A stretch of 64,000 bases of DNA, from the NCBI GenBank assembly GCA_964016885.1, contig OZ024743.1, positions 365,676,001 to 365,740,000 of the forward strand, written 5' to 3'. How positions within the stretch are numbered: position 1 is the stretch's first letter; each line of letters opens with the position of its first letter. Source of the stretch: Eledone cirrhosa. Lineage: Eukaryota. The position numbers were made by a program, and so were the translations under genes. The notes below the pieces were generated by a model. The model did no database searches, was not told the DNA's origin, and saw only the letters and a list, made by a program, of their open reading frames with translations. Shown here one piece after another: positions 60,424-64,000 of the stretch.

Positions 60424-60784
60424 TCCTGTGTCAGTGTTGAACAAAAAGGTGACGTGGTTGCCTAAACACTGTACGGCGTAATTTGGGCTGTTTGTTTGTT
60501 TACAAACAAACAAACCGAGCATTATAATAAATGTTCAGTAAACCGATACGTGCATATATATATATATGTGTGCATGTATGTATATATATACATACTACTG
60601 TACGTCTGTATACATATATGTATGTACGTATACATACATACATACTTATATTTATATATATATATATATAAACACACACACACACATATATGGAGCGATC
60701 GACTTTCGTCAAATCGGACCGAGGAAACAATGTTTCCGTTGGTCTTTCCAATTGCTAATACTATCTATCGGTCGCAACTCCAGG

Positions 60785-60915
60785 TAGAAGGAGCAACGTG
60801 AAATAAAGTGTCTTGCTCAAGGACATAACGCATCACCCGGTCCGGGAAACGAACTCACTCACAACTTCACGATTGCGAATTCAATTCTCTAACCACACAG
60901 CCACACGCCTTCACA
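60785..60915 (-). mobile_element. SINE family B 5' part
   Basis: gagcaacgtgaaataaagtgtcttgctcaaggaca...ctaaccacacagccacacgcct (reverse A-box region). Confidence 0.6.
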
Positions 60916-60916
60916 T

Positions 60917-60994
<78 letters not shown>

Positions 60995-60995
60995 T

Positions 60996-61021
<26 letters not shown>

Positions 61022-61027
<6 letters not shown>

Positions 61028-61908
61028 TAAACAAATAATGAATAAACAATTCCTTATATTAAACAAAAAAAGTTCATTATTTAACGATCGTTTCTAGGAT
61101 ATATATGTGTTAGAATTGGTATGCATATTCAACAGATCTATGTACAAAATTATACAAAATTATACAAATTATCAAGATTAAATATACATACCAACACATA
61201 TATACGCCGTCTTCAGAAATAATGAAGTATATTTATTGATAATAACAACAATTCAAAATTTCAGGTCCGTTTGGGAACAAAATTGACCAATGAAAACACA
61301 AAGGGTTAAATGCAGTTCGGTGTGTGTATATACATGTAAAACCCTTACACATATTTTACAAAAATGTATGTATAATTTGTATACGCATACTAAAAGGATG
61401 GATGCAAATACAAAATTTCAAGGTTAATGTCTCTGTAAGTTTATAATGCACAGATAAGATGCGTATTGACACTTATGAAATTAAGTATATAAATATATTT
61501 TTTCATACTCACACATATCCGTACAATCACACATACACGCGCGTATATGCATAAATATACACATAACCACGAACATACAAACACACACACACCCCCACTC
61601 ACATTTATATATGTGGATATAAAATCATAAGCACATGGATATTAATTCACTCACATAAAACACTGGCACACACATTTTTAGATCAAGATACAGAAATTAG
61701 GTGGGAGGGGGGGAGAGGTCAGTATTCAACGGTCTGAGCAGACTGCCTAATATAGATGTATCTATAAACTAAGAAAATAAAAATAAAAAAATAAAAATAA
61801 AAAATAATAAATAAACATTAAAGAGGAAAGAATAGAAAGAAAACAGAAAAAAGAAAAAAGAAAAAAGAAATATATCAAGAAAATAAATATATATATATAT
61901 ACATATAT

Positions 61909-61947
<39 letters not shown>

Positions 61948-62134
61948 TATATATATATATAATATACATATATATACACATAGACACACACACACACATA
62001 CATAAATATACACACATATACAAACACATACATACATATACACACATCCACACTAAGAACATACATACACACATATATATAAACATATACATATACACAC
62101 ATACATACATATACACATATACATACAAATACAC

Positions 62135-62185
<51 letters not shown>

Positions 62186-62815
62186 TATGTATATACACGT
62201 ACATATACACACACATATACATATAATCACACATACTATATAGACACAGATATATATAACCACACACATACATGCACATGTACAACACTTACATACTAAT
62301 ATACATACAGAAATACACATACATAGCTATATATACACACAAATATATACAGACTTACATATATACATACAGACTAATACTTACGCATCTATATATCGGT
62401 ATATACATACAAACACCACTACACTATCACACAACTTAGAAATACAAAGAGAAAGGTATATACCTATACACATACATATACAAATAGAAAAACATATAGA
62501 TATATATATATATATATATACACACACATATACATATACATATATATATATATAACATATATATATATATATATATATACACATACATATACACATACAC
62601 ACACATACACATATACACACATACATACATGTACACACACATAGAAATATTTACGCATACACACATACACACATACATATAAAGTCATATACACACATAC
62701 ACCTACACGAACATACACATACACATATATAAAGATATATATACACACACACACACACACACAACACATACACACATACACATATATATAAAAAATAAAT
62801 AATAAAGATATATAC

Positions 62816-62870
<55 letters not shown>

Positions 62871-63521
62871 CACATAAATATACATACACATACATACACA
62901 CATACATAGACATACTTGTACATACATACACGTACATCGATATATATACATATATATATACACACATAGACATATACATACATACACACACAACTTACAT
63001 ACACACATATATATACATGTATATTCATACATAGAATTAGATATATAATCATACATACATATGCACTTACTTATACTCATATATACAAATACATACGCAT
63101 CCATATATGCGTATATACATAAAAACACCACTACAACCTCACCTAACTCAGACATACAAATAAAAATAATAATAAAAAGGCATATGTATATACATATATA
63201 CACGCATTAATAGAGATATACATATACATACATATATATACATATATATACATATATACATATATATACATATATATACACACATACACTCATACATATA
63301 TATATATAGATACCCACACACTCATACCACCATAAATACACATACAAACACCCACATATACATATATATACACACGTATATATATATATATATACACACA
63401 CATAAAAAACAGACATGCACATATATATATACTTTTTTACACTTATATATACACATATTATATACACATACACAACCTCACATATACACACATACACATA
63501 AGTTATATTATAATAATAAAA

Positions 63522-63564
<43 letters not shown>

Positions 63565-63654
63565 CATATATATATATATACATATATACACATATAAACA
63601 TATACATACATATATACACACATACGAATATAGACATATATTCACACATAGACA

Positions 63655-63700
<46 letters not shown>

Positions 63701-63969
63701 CACATACATATACACAGACACATATACACACTCACATATATATGTGTGTGCACACACACATATATACACACATACACATATATACACATAAACACATATA
63801 TGTGCATACATGCACACACACATATATCACATAGATACGAAGATAGACATATAAATAGAGAGACATACATATATATACAACACACATACACACACATACA
63901 TACACACACATATACATATACATATATATATACATATATATATATATTCCTATATATACATATATACAT

Positions 63970-64000
<31 letters not shown>
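61022..64000 (-). mobile_element. Probable PLE 3' region with very long degenerate (TG/TA) UTR, running off the window
   Basis: Same layout as 34670-36125: T-rich patch, degenerate tgta/tata repeats, hammerhead ~50 nt from (TA)n; no coding part visible. Confidence 0.45.
61073..61226 (-). ncRNA. Type I hammerhead ribozyme with ~115-nt helix II
   Basis: ttcattattt-CTGAAGA-[long stem]-GAAAC-gatc-GTT-aaataatgaa; 10-bp helix I, palindromic helix III. Confidence 0.7.

Overview
AT-rich eukaryotic genomic DNA dominated by microsatellites ((TA)n, (CA)n, (GA)n, (TATG)n, (ATT)n) and transposable elements. The repeat landscape looks like a coleoid cephalopod (Octopus-like), which is an inference and was not verified. 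No host gene is identifiable with confidence, and most ORFs in the supplied track are translated microsatellites. Supportable elements: a near-intact Tx1/L1-clade LINE, two R4/Dong-like fragments, a CRE-like LINE with a 5' inversion, RTE fragments, a 4-copy bipartite RTE-derived non-autonomous element, several Penelope-like elements (PLEs), many tRNA-type SINEs, a Helitron-like element and DNA-transposon remnants. The most striking signal is about 15 fold-back (inverted-repeat) insertions, 36 bp to 2.5 kb long, from many unrelated sequence families. Most abut (TA)n tracts and many carry type I hammerhead-ribozyme cores, several with greatly extended helix II. In about ten cases one arm is complete while the other stops 30-95 nt short at an internal TA and joins the (TA)n tract. 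This suggests a snap-back retrotransposition route for PLE/retrozyme RNAs into TA microsatellites. All coordinates and folds were read by eye.
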